Shown here: piece after piece, positions 51,916 through 64,000 of the stretch
How positions within the stretch are numbered: position 1 is the first letter of the stretch
Layout: every line of letters starts with the position of its first letter
Origin: Chrysomallon squamiferum
Taxonomy: Eukaryota > Animalia > Mollusca
Reading direction: 5' to 3'
DNA length: 64,000 bases
Assembly (NCBI GenBank): GCA_012295275.1
Contig: CM022678.1
Coordinates: 18,848,001 to 18,912,000 of the forward strand
The notes under the pieces: generated by a model
Told to the model about the DNA's origin: nothing
Database searches by the model: none
The model's input: the letters and a program-made list of their open reading frames with translations, nothing else
Translations under genes and position numbers: made by a program

Positions 51916-53410
51916 GAACTGTGATTAATCTGTAAAAAATAAATCTGAATAGGAAAACTGACAAATGTAAACCGTTTATAATTTTATTAAAAGAATACTT
52001 TTGGTGTAGAATTTGAAATTTTTCATTAAGCAATTTAAAATGCAACAACATAGTGTTGGGGTTTTTTTCTTCTATAAAAATATATCAGTTCAATTTTATT
52101 TTATTTTTTAAATTCATTAATTTAATATAATATTAACTAAACTGTATTTTTTTCTTAGTGAAGTATTACATGTATTAAAATTACCTTTGTTACATTGAAA
52201 AATTATTTATATATATATATAATTATTCAAGTGAAATACTATTCTTATTTTATTATTGTGTATAGGTTTAAATATTAAATAAAATGTGCTTGTTTGTAAA
52301 GCAACATCAAAAATATCATGGGACTTTATTATTTATTTATTTGTAGTTCTTATTATTATTACTATTAATATACTTATTTTATTATTATTTATTTATAATT
52401 TTTTTTTTTTTTTTTTTTTGTGTGTTGTTGTTGAGTTATAATGCTCAGAAAAATTCAACTTAGGCTATCTAAATTTTACTGGTTCCAAAAAGCTTTCCGA
52501 TTGATTTACTTGATTTGATCATTACCGAGCTAAGCTGAATTTTGATTTTATGTGATAATTTGTCGTGTTGTTTGCTGCTTGTGTATTTCTTTATCAAAAA
52601 TCCTTGCAATTATTATTTTACATATCAACAGGCTATTCATGAAACCAGTTTATATTTTAATGCTAACTTAAATGAACGCATATCAAAATGTTAAGACAGA
52701 ATGAAGGAGATTAAGTACGTGATAGTTCATTTAAAACCACTAAATTTCATTTTTCTTATGACCGATTTTTGTAAAATTCACTGTGAAGGAATGAAATAAA
52801 GCTGAATTTTGACAATAATACTTATTTCATTGTAAAATATTTCAAAGATGATCTATTAAAGAAAAGGAATTGTATCTCTCATAACAGTAATATACAAGGA
52901 TCATATTCATATTGCTTTATCACACGTCTTGTATTATATATAATCATGTTTATTAAATTGATAATAATGATGATAATAATAACAGACTGCTATTCTAAAG
53001 ACAAAATGTTTGGATCAAGAAGTTTTCTAAACAGTACAGTGCAGTGAAAGCACTTTTATACATCTAATAAATACACCATGCTTTATACTGATTAACACAT
53101 CAAAGTTCACTTATATAACTAGTTTATGCATGATCTTTTACCTGTCTGGCATTTATATTTGTATATTATAATTATGTATCTCTGACAGGAGGGTATTTAT
53201 TATTATTATTTTTTTTTAAGTCTATACATATGTATATGCAACCCTTGTTTAATGCTGCTATGGTCTTCACATAGCAGTTTTGTAAACTGAATCAGTGCAA
53301 AACTGAACGGTTATATAATGTAAATGGAGTGTATATGATACATATAGCTATTATTTAATTAAACAATATTAATATAATTTGTTTTCACAACTAAAATTAA
53401 TATTTGAAAT

Positions 53411-53445
<35 letters not shown>

Positions 53446-53653
53446 TTTTTCATTTTAAATATTTTTCTTCTTTTTTTTAATTATTATTATTATTAATTTT
53501 TAAATATACGGATTTTTCTTCTTTTTTGTCTAAATTCAAAACTGCTGTATGTCTCAGTCATCATAAAACAGGGGCTGACAGTATAAGAACAAGATCAGAT
53601 CTTAAATGTAAGGAACTATTTCTGTCCACCATTATAAAACATGTGTAACATAC

Positions 53654-53735
53654 TGCAGAGGTGACTGCCAGTTGACTGTCTTGGCTTGGACATCATTTGT
53701 CCATTCCTGCAACAAACTTGTAGCAACCTGAGCTC
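53654..53735 (-). pseudogene. ATP6V1H: Second copy of orphan ATP6V1H exon
   Basis: Identical to 3643-3724; the following 100-nt exon is not found here. Confidence 0.8.
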
Positions 53736-54836
53736 CTGGAAACATATCAAAAAATAATAACACAATATAAATAATTCACTATTCATTCTCACTGAGGCAG
53801 AAAACTCAACAAAATGTTAAACAGACAAATATATTCAATTCTTTCCTGCTTTCTGTATACATACTATTTTGTTTTTTCTATATAATGTGTTATTATCTTC
53901 AGATTCATTTCCAAAATGGATTTCTTCCTTTCAGTGAATCTGTTAACCAGCTAATAAAAGCAAGAGAAATGATAAAGTATTTCATTGTGATGATATGTTT
54001 TAAAAGACGAAACTGCTATTTAGCAGTTAATTCTTGTTCTATATTGATTATTTTTTCATTGTGGTTTATTATAAAATCTCACTGAATTATTTTACAATTG
54101 GTTGAAATTAAAGAAAAAAATAACTTAATGGGAGCAAATAATAAATCACAAAATACTAAAGTGTATGAAAGTTAAAAAAAAATAATAAAAAATAAAAAAG
54201 CAACCTTAATTTGCTAAAACTTCCCATCTTCTACACTGACAGTGCTTTAAATTAAATAAAGAATGAAATAAAAATAAAATGAAAATGAAAACAAAACCAT
54301 AAACAAATAAATAAACATGGTGTTTTATAAACATCATTAAGAACCGGTGAGGTAAAAATCACAATTAAAAAAATCAATTGTAATAATATTTAAAACAGAA
54401 AAGAAATTTACCCAAGACAGGCTCAGTAAAATTTCAGTCAAACCAAGGGTTAAAAAAATATAAATAATTCTCAATCCTCTATTTATAAAAATTATACCGA
54501 TCAAATATTTTAAGTATTTGTTATTTCTTTTTCAGTTTTCTTGATATTGCTTTTATTTTTTTCACTCTATTTCTTTAGTGAAAGTGAAGTCTATTGCTAC
54601 AGAAATAAATATTAAAAAATTAAATTTCTGCTTCAAAATAATGCTGATATTGCAAGTTAAGGACAACAAAATGTTGTATTTTAATATTTCAGTTTAAATA
54701 TATGATATATTTAGGCAGTAAAAATGTGAACATTAAACTGGGTTTTCCAGAACCAATTTTTTGATAATATTAGTTTACAAAACCTCGATATCAAGATATT
54801 TTCTTAACCTGTGTCAGGTAAGGGCAGAGAACCCAC

Positions 54837-55600
54837 CTGAAGGTCTCACTTCAGTTTGAGAAGGTCTTCATTTTCTGGATCAGTGGTAAGTGTGGCCTCA
54901 ACCTGAAATCACTACATGTAAATATTGTTTAAGAAAAGAAAAAAAAAAATATTTAACACAAAACATTTATGAGATGTACAGCAGTATATTAGAATTAACA
55001 AAAATAGCATAATGTGTGTATATCTCATTATTCATATATCTCATATATATATATACATATATATATTTAAAAATGAAAACATTCCTTTTAATTCTGGTTC
55101 TTTCATCAAGAAGTGTTACATTTCATCAGTTCTGTTAAGGAATAAAATGTTACCCTTATGGGTTTTAGCAAATCTAATTTCAAATTAATTTATATTTTCA
55201 AGTAACTAATACACTAATATTTTTCCATTGTCAAACTCTACAGATATAAAAGAGAAAAAAAAGGAGGGGGGAGGCAATTTTGAATAATGCATATGGATAT
55301 ATTCAGTTTAAAATATTCTTTTTTAATTTAACTGGACTAAATTATTCATAATCATTAAAAATGTCATTATATCTTGTCCATTGATGTATATGACAAATTA
55401 ACACAAAATAGAGAATATTGTGAGTCTCATACAATTTACTTTTGATGATACGATATTATAGCCATATCGGAAACAGAGACAACCGCTATAACAAAGTCTC
55501 TTTCACCAAAATTATTTCGAACTGGAGGTTGTGTATTTTTGATTACCTGTTGTAACTGGATTTTATAGGTCTTCAAATTTTCTTGTTCGTTGTCTGCCAG
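54837..55600 (-). pseudogene. SMNDC1: Second SMNDC1 5' fragment (exons 55547-55600 and 54837-54902)
   Basis: Homologous to 5960-6723 with splice sites intact; ATG changed to CTG (55598-55600) and in-frame TGA at 54846-54848. Confidence 0.85.
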
Positions 55601-56307
55601 TGTGATTCCAGCATAAACTAATGTAAAATTTCAACATAATGTTTCAAAACAGGTATCGTCTGATTTTGTTCCTTTTCCACATGTGTCTTACTTTTCTTTC
55701 AAGCAGTGATAAATGGGTACCAGTGAACTGAATGCGCATGCGTACCCACTCGAAGACGATCTGAAAAATATTTCGATAAATAAATGTTTCCTTTACAGAA
55801 TAACAGAAAATTAATTTACAGGTAAGGTCGACATAAACTTCAAGATTACCATTATATTTATTAAAGGTCCAGCCGTACTGAATAGCCACATGCATAAACT
55901 TTTCCCCTAAATTAAAATTGTTCACTTTATGTATGTATGTATGTATGTATGTATGCATTTATTATCATCATCATCATCATCATAATCATCATCATTAAAG
56001 AAAACCCTCGATTTTACAGACTGATATAGGTGAGTATGTATTTCTGTTGTCGCCAAAGTCCGGTAAAATATAAATGTTTGTGAATGATATCATTTTTATA
56101 TTATTATATCTTATTATTCTAATAATTTTAATATTAGTATGTGAGATTATGAACACAATATTTTTAATATTATACATTAAAATCATTATTCCATTATAAT
56201 TAAATGAAATTTTCACTAAGTGTTTAGAGATCGTAATTATTCTTCTTAAATTTATATATTTCCTTCAGTTTTATACTTTTCCCATCTTTTTTCCCATTTT
56301 CCTCATG

Positions 56308-56386
<79 letters not shown>

Positions 56387-56449
56387 TATATTTTTGCTTC
56401 TGAGTCCTTGATGTGTGTACATGTAAATAATAATAATAATAATATATTT

Positions 56450-56566
56450 AAAATTCTATTTAAAAAATACTTATGCAATCAAGTTAGAAACAACAAATGT
56501 GCTTAACAAGCGGCCTAGACAATCTGTCGTTAATTAATTTATTTATTTATTTATTTATTTGTTTGT

Positions 56567-56597
<31 letters not shown>

Positions 56598-56610
56598 TTT
56601 GTTTGTTTGT

Positions 56611-56641
<31 letters not shown>

Positions 56642-57406
56642 TGTGTTTATATCGTTACTAGTTTGATTATTTTTCACAAATCTCACACAGATTATCGAGC
56701 TTAAACGTTGAACAAAAGTAAACATCTCCCTCAGTGTAATGTAAGATAGAGTAATGTATTTTTATTATTATTACTTTTTAAATATTTGTTCAGTTTATAT
56801 TTATATTTATATTTCAGTGTCTTTATAGTAAGAAATATTCGGAATGGAGAAGGACAGTAACTCTTGTTACAACTCGCTGTTTCGTTCGAACCTGAATTCA
56901 GGTTTCTACTAAAAAATATAAATATCAGTAGCAGTTATTTAGATCAAACAAATTGTTTCTATTTATTTATCACTCATCTATCAGTTATATTTAAGAAAAG
57001 TTACAAGGAACACTAAATAGAGCTTCAACTAACCAAGGCTAATTAGCTTTCAACGTATGTTCAAAACATTATGACGTCACCGCGTATCCTAGACACCACT
57101 GTCGATGATGTGAACAAACAAAAGTGGTATTTAGTAAACAAATGGGTTTGTTTGATATATTTCAAAGAAAAGCTGAAATTAATAAGTAGGTTACTTCTGT
57201 GTAAGTAATTACATCGACCAAAACAATCAAAAATCAAAAAACAAAAGCGTTTAGTTTACATTCATAAACACAAAAAGATAATTATATTCAAATAAATAAA
57301 TAAATATTACTGTATTTATGTAAATATTTGCATACCTAGCTATGAAAATGCCAACGTTCATATATTTATCGGTTCCTTTTGTGTGCTTTTTATTTATTTG
57401 TTTATT

Positions 57407-57437
<31 letters not shown>

Positions 57438-57776
57438 TTTTTCAAGGCGGTGTATTAATTCATTTATTTTTCCAGGATACTTTTTGTTAGACAGAATCGA
57501 ATTGGTAAGTTTTCGCTGTTCTTTGCGAAACATTACGCACAGTTTTGATATTGTACACTAGATTGATTTATTAATTTATTTATTTAATAAAAGCAAAACA
57601 ATAATAATTATTAATAAAATAACTATTTTATATGTAAAAATAAAAGAAGTGAAAATTTAAAAATCGGCAGCTTCAGCAGCAACAACCATAAGAAAAAAGG
57701 AAAAAAAGAAGAAAATGAAAAACAATAAGATGATGACAGTGATGACGATATTGATGATAATTATTATTATTATTAT

Positions 57777-57808
<32 letters not shown>

Positions 57809-58170
57809 TTATTATTATCGTTGTCGTTTTCGTTATTGTCACTCTGTTATTGTTATTACTGTTATTTTTTTCATTATTTTATGTTTTTCACAAATGTTGT
57901 TGTTGCTCCTGTATTATTTCTACTATGTGAATGATCTAAATTTTCATGTTGTTTAAAGGTGTTAATTAGTTTGAACTGTGTTGATCATTAGAATAAAAAT
58001 AAAACTAACTTATTACTACTGCTACCACTACTACCAGTAGTATCACTACTATACTAATATTACTAGTACCATTACCAGTCTACTGCGAGAACTATTACTC
58101 GATGTGCTGTTGCTGCTACTGCTCTTAATTTGGTTGTTTTTGTTTCTTATTACGATTATTATTATTGTTG

Positions 58171-58210
<40 letters not shown>

Positions 58211-58670
58211 GACTGCTTTCTTCTTTTTAGACTGTCAAGGCAGCGCAGATAAAACGGACAATCTGAAACTGAGGCTGACTGTTTCTGGTGAGTAAAGTAG
58301 TACTAATGTCATAGACTGCCTCTCCGGAAAGATATAACCAGTGAAGGAAAGAATGAATAATTGAATGAAGAAACGAATTAATAAAAGAATAAACGATTGG
58401 TTTAATTAATGAATACATTAAATAATAGATAAATGAAACAATGAGTCAATGAATGAATACGAAAGTGTAAAATATTTTCAAATTATCGTTATCAGACTGT
58501 TCCTCATTTTTCTGTCTTTCATTCTTTCTTCGTTTCTTTATTCTTCTCTTTCATCTTTGTTTTAAGTTAATTATATCGCGTTTTTGTTGTTGGTTTGTTT
58601 TTAAATGTACGACGGCTATCAAGAAAATTCGAAAGACCAAAATGCAAAACAAAAGTGGAAAAAGTGTGTA

Positions 58671-58760
<90 letters not shown>

Positions 58761-58785
58761 TTTTCATGTGGCTTTCTTTAACGAT
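56450..58785. repeat. Diverged single copy of the distal part of the array unit plus the array's right flank (~36180-38260)
   Basis: Shared blocks atgcaatcaagt, gcggcctag, attatgacgtcaccgcgtatcc, aaatcatttcatgttgtttaaa-like segments, and ttcgaaagaccaaaatgcaaaac followed by (GA)n. Confidence 0.8.
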
Positions 58786-58965
58786 CAATTTTCTAATTTA
58801 AATTATATTACTGTTCTTGTTGTTGTTATTGTCAACGATGTAATAGTAGTTATAGTAGCAGTAGCAAAAGTGCCACATTTTACGGTTCTTGTTATTGTTA
58901 TTCTTATTGCTGATGTCACCTTTACTGTTGTTCTATTTCTTTTTCGTTTAATCATTAAAATTATC

Positions 58966-59005
<40 letters not shown>

Positions 59006-59778
59006 TACAATGAACACTAAGATGAAAAGGTCAAAAGGTCGGTGCAGACATTCACCTGATAACAGTAACTTCACACAAAGCTCTTTACTTAAAAATAGAA
59101 TGAATTAAAACAGCTTACACTGCCAACTCTAAATAACAAAATTACCAAAAACTATTCGCATACAAAGATTTTATCATTAACACAATTCGCTGACCTGGAT
59201 GCACAATTACACACAAAACAATAAAAACAGACAACGTTACTCTAAAGCAGCATTTTATTCAAGTTTAATTAGTTTATATTTAGATATAGACACGTAATAT
59301 ATATATTAGAGAAGTTGTGATATTATTATCATCCAACTATTATCATCCTTCTGAATCTTTAGATTACACAAATTTCATTTCAAGCACAAAGTTATTCAAA
59401 AACATTAAAATAACTGCAGACCGTCAATACATCCTCTATATTTTTCTTTTCTAACCTCTACATATATATTATTTTGTTCCTCAAAAATAAACCTTATTTT
59501 CTGACTATTTACTTATATTCATAAAATTGAAAATTTCAGTAATCGAAATCATTTCCACTTCTAGCAGTTTATTAAGAAAGGATCTTAATATAATTGTAAT
59601 TATTTGTATAATTTGTGTAGTTCCTGTTGTTGTTGCTTACCTTCAAATTATTATTATTATTATTATTATCATCATTATCATCATCATCATCATCATCATT
59701 AACATGATTATTATTATTCTGGTTTACAATTCATGCAGTTCATTTGAATTTCTACTTAGCATTTGTAAATTATCAAAT

Positions 59779-62285
59779 TTAAAAATTGACGTCCGCATTG
59801 ACAAGAAGTGGAAAAGTTTCCAGCAGCCAGTCCACTGCAGCTTTGTCGTCTGCATCGTCTGGTGGAGTTTTTCCTGTTTTGAAATCATTCAGTTCTGTGA
59901 CACGGTGAGTCTCTCCTGATTTCAAGCATACAATCATCATCTTCTCCTTCTTCGTAGCAGTTGATATTGCCAAATCAATCACCTGTTTCCAGTGTGTGTT
60001 TGGAGTCTCGGAATGAACAACTACGACAATGCATCGAATAAGAGGCATCAGTCCTTTGTAAAAAGAGATGTCATCCATTCCTTCAAAGGCAAGTTCATCA
60101 TTCCTCGTGACTTTCAGACCTGTATAGTCTTCCACAATTTTCTGAATCTTCATTGAAATCTGAGATGTTTGCCAGTCGTCTTTGTCATTGAGGATCATGA
60201 TATCAGCACCGTTTATTTCATCTTTTTTGTTCGTTTTGTAATATAATATAAAAATCCTTCTGAAACAAGACCAAGCGTTACTCGGAGACTGGCCTCTTGA
60301 AAAGACATGCTGTGCTGTTTTCAGGTAAACTCTATTGACAAGAAAAGAAGGAATGTCATCAGCTTGTAGCGTACCCATCAGCAGAGTTACACACAGTCTG
60401 GCATTTTCGAATTCTTGTCGGTCAAGATATTCCTGTGTAATTCCAGTCCAGTATTCTGGGCCCTGATATCGGGTTTGAATTTTCCTATAAATCGGAAGAG
60501 AAGGTGCGAATTCATTTAGCATGCAGTAAACATCTTTAACTTGCCACGGTATTTCTACTCCCGGCGGACCATACGTTTGCTTGAGCAAATCAGTTACTGT
60601 TCTAAAATGAGAGCGATATTTGTGCAGCACTTCTGAAGCAGAAGCTTCTATAGCAAGAATTTTGTAATTCATTTCTTTTTTCCTGAGCCGAGTCTGTTCA
60701 CCTCGAGAAAGTCTCCGATTTTTACTTTTTTCAAAACAGATATTAGACAATTTCTTTAAAGCAAAAACCTTATAGAACGGATACGTATCACATTCCGCTT
60801 CTTCTGTTACATCTCTTAAGACGGATTCAGCATCTTCGAAGCATTTATTAGAGATGTAAGCGGAAGCCAAGTCAAGTGCCGCATCAAAGTTTTCACCGTG
60901 TGTGATTTCAACGGCCAGTATTAAATTATCGATCGCACGCTGAAATGTTCTCCTGTTCCTTTCTTGTTTCCATTTTCTCAGAAGAACTTTTCCCAGGTGA
61001 TGAAAAGCATTGCCTGTTGGCAGAAGCCTGACTGACTCTTCTAACAGTCTCTCAGCTTTATCCAGTTTCTTTGAGCTTAGGAAATGCTTACCGCACCTAG
61101 CAAGCACAAAGGGGACGTGTTTGCCTAAATCAAGAGCTTTCTCGAAATATTCCTCACGCGAAAGTAGCTCAGTTTGTTGTTGCACCGCTGTTACGAGCTC
61201 AGTGACTTCAAATGGTATCCATCTTAATGCAAGCCGCTTGGCTAATTCCCCAAGCTCGGCATACGCCATGGCATTCAGTGGTTCTGGACCTTTACTGCCG
61301 ACATCCTGGAGCAGTTTACCGCATCTAACAGCGAGTTCAACGACATCCACCCCTGACTGAATCGAATAGCTTTGAGCGGACAGAGATCGCCTAAGTGTTA
61401 GACCCTCTCCAAATTTCCACTCGTATTCTTCCGGGTATTTCTGATTTACTTTTCTGTACAACTCCAGAGCCTTTGAATAAGAAGCTGTCGAGATCCTAGC
61501 GTAGCAATAAGCAAGTTCAGCTTCAGCTACAGCACGCATTCTGTCAAGGTCTCCTTCCAGGTTTTCCAATTTGATTAATTCTGATTCAGCAGAACGGTCG
61601 TCTACTTTCTGCAGAAAACGCACACGGTTTGCACGAGCTACAATGTTATTAGGGTCACGACGACAGACTTTTAGGTTTATCTCGATTGCCATGTCTCGAT
61701 CTCCTAGCAAAAACAGCAAGAACGAAATAAAATTGTCGTCTCGATTTCTTTCCATCTCTTCTTCTTGTTCTCTTTGTATCTTTTCAAGTACTTTTTGTCT
61801 ATGCTGTTTTGAGCAGTACATGAGATCTGTAAGATGAAAGGAGTGAGGAAACGATTCCAGTCTACCTTCGAAGTAAATGTCCTTATCTGAAGCTGAAAAA
61901 TAAAATGAAAGGAATTCGAAGATTGTGAAGAAATAGGGATCGAAACGAATGTGTTCCTAAAAAGATGAACTGTAAATTTTTTTTTTCTTTTTCATTTTTT
62001 TGTCTGATTAATCTGTTTTGTTTGTTTTTGTCTTCTTCTCTTTTTTTCGTCTTATTGTTTTCTCTCTCTTTTTTTTTGAGGTAAATGTGCTAATAAATGT
62101 AGAAAATGTTTTGTTTACTGAATATCGTATTTATAAAAATAAGCAGAAAAGTGACAGCTGATGATGAAATCCAACATAATACAAATATTTCATTATCATT
62201 TAACTGCTATTTCTTACCAATTTTTATCCTTTCTAAAATCCTTACCTAATGATGTTGTGCTTTGTTCTGTTTTCGCAGCCATCAT
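59779..62285 (-). CDS. TPR-TIR paralog D, ~717 aa if exon 62246-62285 joins 59779-61892
   Basis: 680-aa ORF extends to an acceptor at 61893-61894. The ancestral donor (62216-62217) is out of frame after a 1-nt insertion, but a D-specific AG|GTAAGG donor at 62245 gives the required phase 1. Confidence 0.8.
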
Positions 62286-62476
62286 CCTAAAATAAAGTTA
62301 CAAAATATTTGATTAATATTGTTTTTGGTTCTCCATTGTACTTATCTCTAGGACTAACCAAAAGTCAACTTCTTGTTCTTGTGCTTCATCTTCTTCTTCT
62401 GTTTTGTTCTTGATTCTTCTTCTTCTTCTTCTTATTCTTCTTCTTCTTCTTCTTCTTCTTCTTCTTCTTCTAGTTC

Positions 62477-62508
<32 letters not shown>

Positions 62509-63767
62509 TTTATTTTAAATCATATATTTTGGAAAATTAAAGAATAAAAAGAAATAATATATATTTTCTTAATAATTTTTTATTTTTCTTTTAATTCTTA
62601 TAATTCTTAAACAAATATAAATAAATAAAAATGGGAATAAATAAAAATAAAACAATAAGAAGAATAAATAAAGAAAAGAAAATAAAGAAGAAGAAGAAGA
62701 ATAATAAGAAGAAGAACAACAACCAATGAGAAAAATAACTTTTTTTTTTTTAATTTAACATAAATAAATACATAGATAAATAAATAAATCGGATTTCTAG
62801 TTTGAAACTAAATTTCTAACAGTTCCATATTCTCTTCTTTATCAGCCTGCATGTATAAAACATAGAGAGACAAACAGGGTGTATGAAATTAGGTGAATGA
62901 GATATGTAATCGAAACTATAGCGAGTAAACAGACCCGTAAGGTATGAGAAATATTTATTAAACAGTTGTTAGTGGGATTTTTTCTTCTTCTTTTTACAGG
63001 AACACTCCTGTTTCTTGTTTGCTTCAGAGAATAATCAACGAAATCACCTGCGTCTACATTTTAAATGTATAAAATTAAAATAATAAAATAATAATAATAA
63101 TAATAAAAATATTTTTCTCTCAGGCTTCTGTAAATCTGGATTTTAATTACGGTATCAAAATCCTACTGGTTTCATTAAACATTCGCATTGATTTACGTGA
63201 TCCTATTATTTCTGAACTAAGCTGAAATTTTACTTAATGTGTTGTGTCATCGGGTTCTTGTGTGTTTGGTTATTCCTTTTCGTGGTAGTTATAATTTACA
63301 TATATCACTAGATAATTCATGAATGAATTTTATATTTTAATGTACAAGTAATGAATTAAATATTATTTAAATATACAGTAATAATAAATGCTAAATCAAA
63401 CTTACACGTTATCGCTGTATGGTCCTTACTCTCGAATGAACAGTCAAAAACTATGATAGCTTTACCTTTTCAGTTTGATATATATATATATGTATATATC
63501 AGGTGTCTACTTTCCTTATTGAAATTCCAAGAATCGGTACAATAAAATGTGAAAGTTACATAAGGGATGTCACCTAATAAGGTAATGTTATGAACTTGCG
63601 GCATGACAACAATCTAAACGCATTCATGGCACACACCTCCTTGTCATATCTGTGTGCTTTATACTGTATCGTGGCCGGACCTAGTTCATTTTATTATTAA
63701 ATTACAAATACAATAAAATACTGAGTTATTGTGACAGAATACGTGAAGCTTTAAATATTAAAATTTA

Positions 63768-63955
63768 ATTATTAAGTATTTGCAAAAAAATTATATATTT
63801 ATGTGGAAATGGAGATGAGTCTGATCTCAAGACCTTCCTAATTTTATTTCTATTTATTTTTATTATTTCTTTCTTTATATAGGAAGGTAAAATTAGGAAG
63901 GTCTTGAGATCAGATTTCCACATAAATATATAATTTGTTTGAATTACTTAATAAT
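63768..63955. repeat. Fold-back inverted duplication
   Basis: Perfect 27-bp arms at 63820-63846 and 63888-63914, extended by 63790-63809 and 63915-63934. Confidence 0.8.
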
Positions 63956-64000
63956 TTAATTCCAAGATATAGATCTTTAGGGTGAAACTAGGTAATCAAA

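Larger units (their letters stand above)
52257..56090. repeat. Segmental duplicate of ~1610-7220
   Basis: Collinear homology through TPR intronic repeat piece, ATP6V1H exon, SMNDC1 exons and promoter; a non-homologous stretch lies at ~52680-53590. Confidence 0.85.

Overview
AT-rich, microsatellite-dense animal genomic DNA (invertebrate, possibly lophotrochozoan/mollusc; inferred only). The window is a rearranged, tandemly duplicated cluster of probable innate-immune genes. Four minus-strand paralogs (A ~1-864, B 11243-13767, C 17688-20232, D 59779-62285) encode IFIT/TTC22-like TPR solenoids fused to a C-terminal TIR-like domain. Each has a tiny ATG exon plus one giant exon. A is frameshifted, C has two N-terminal stops, B is intact, and D has a frameshift apparently bypassed by a new splice donor. 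A conserved ISRE/IRF-type motif lies upstream of B and C. A 14-exon NIK/MAP3K14-like kinase gene missed by the ORF track (40948-51915, two lesions, no activation segment) occupies the slot of a TPR-TIR gene. Two copies of a chimeric block (SMNDC1 promoter and exons 1-2, plus ATP6V1H exon(s)) sit upstream of copy A and of the kinase. Other elements: a 6 x 1.8-kb tandem array, a TIR-bounded Harbinger-like element, and scattered plus-strand exon-like pieces of an unidentified convergent gene. All homology calls come from recalled motifs, not database searches.
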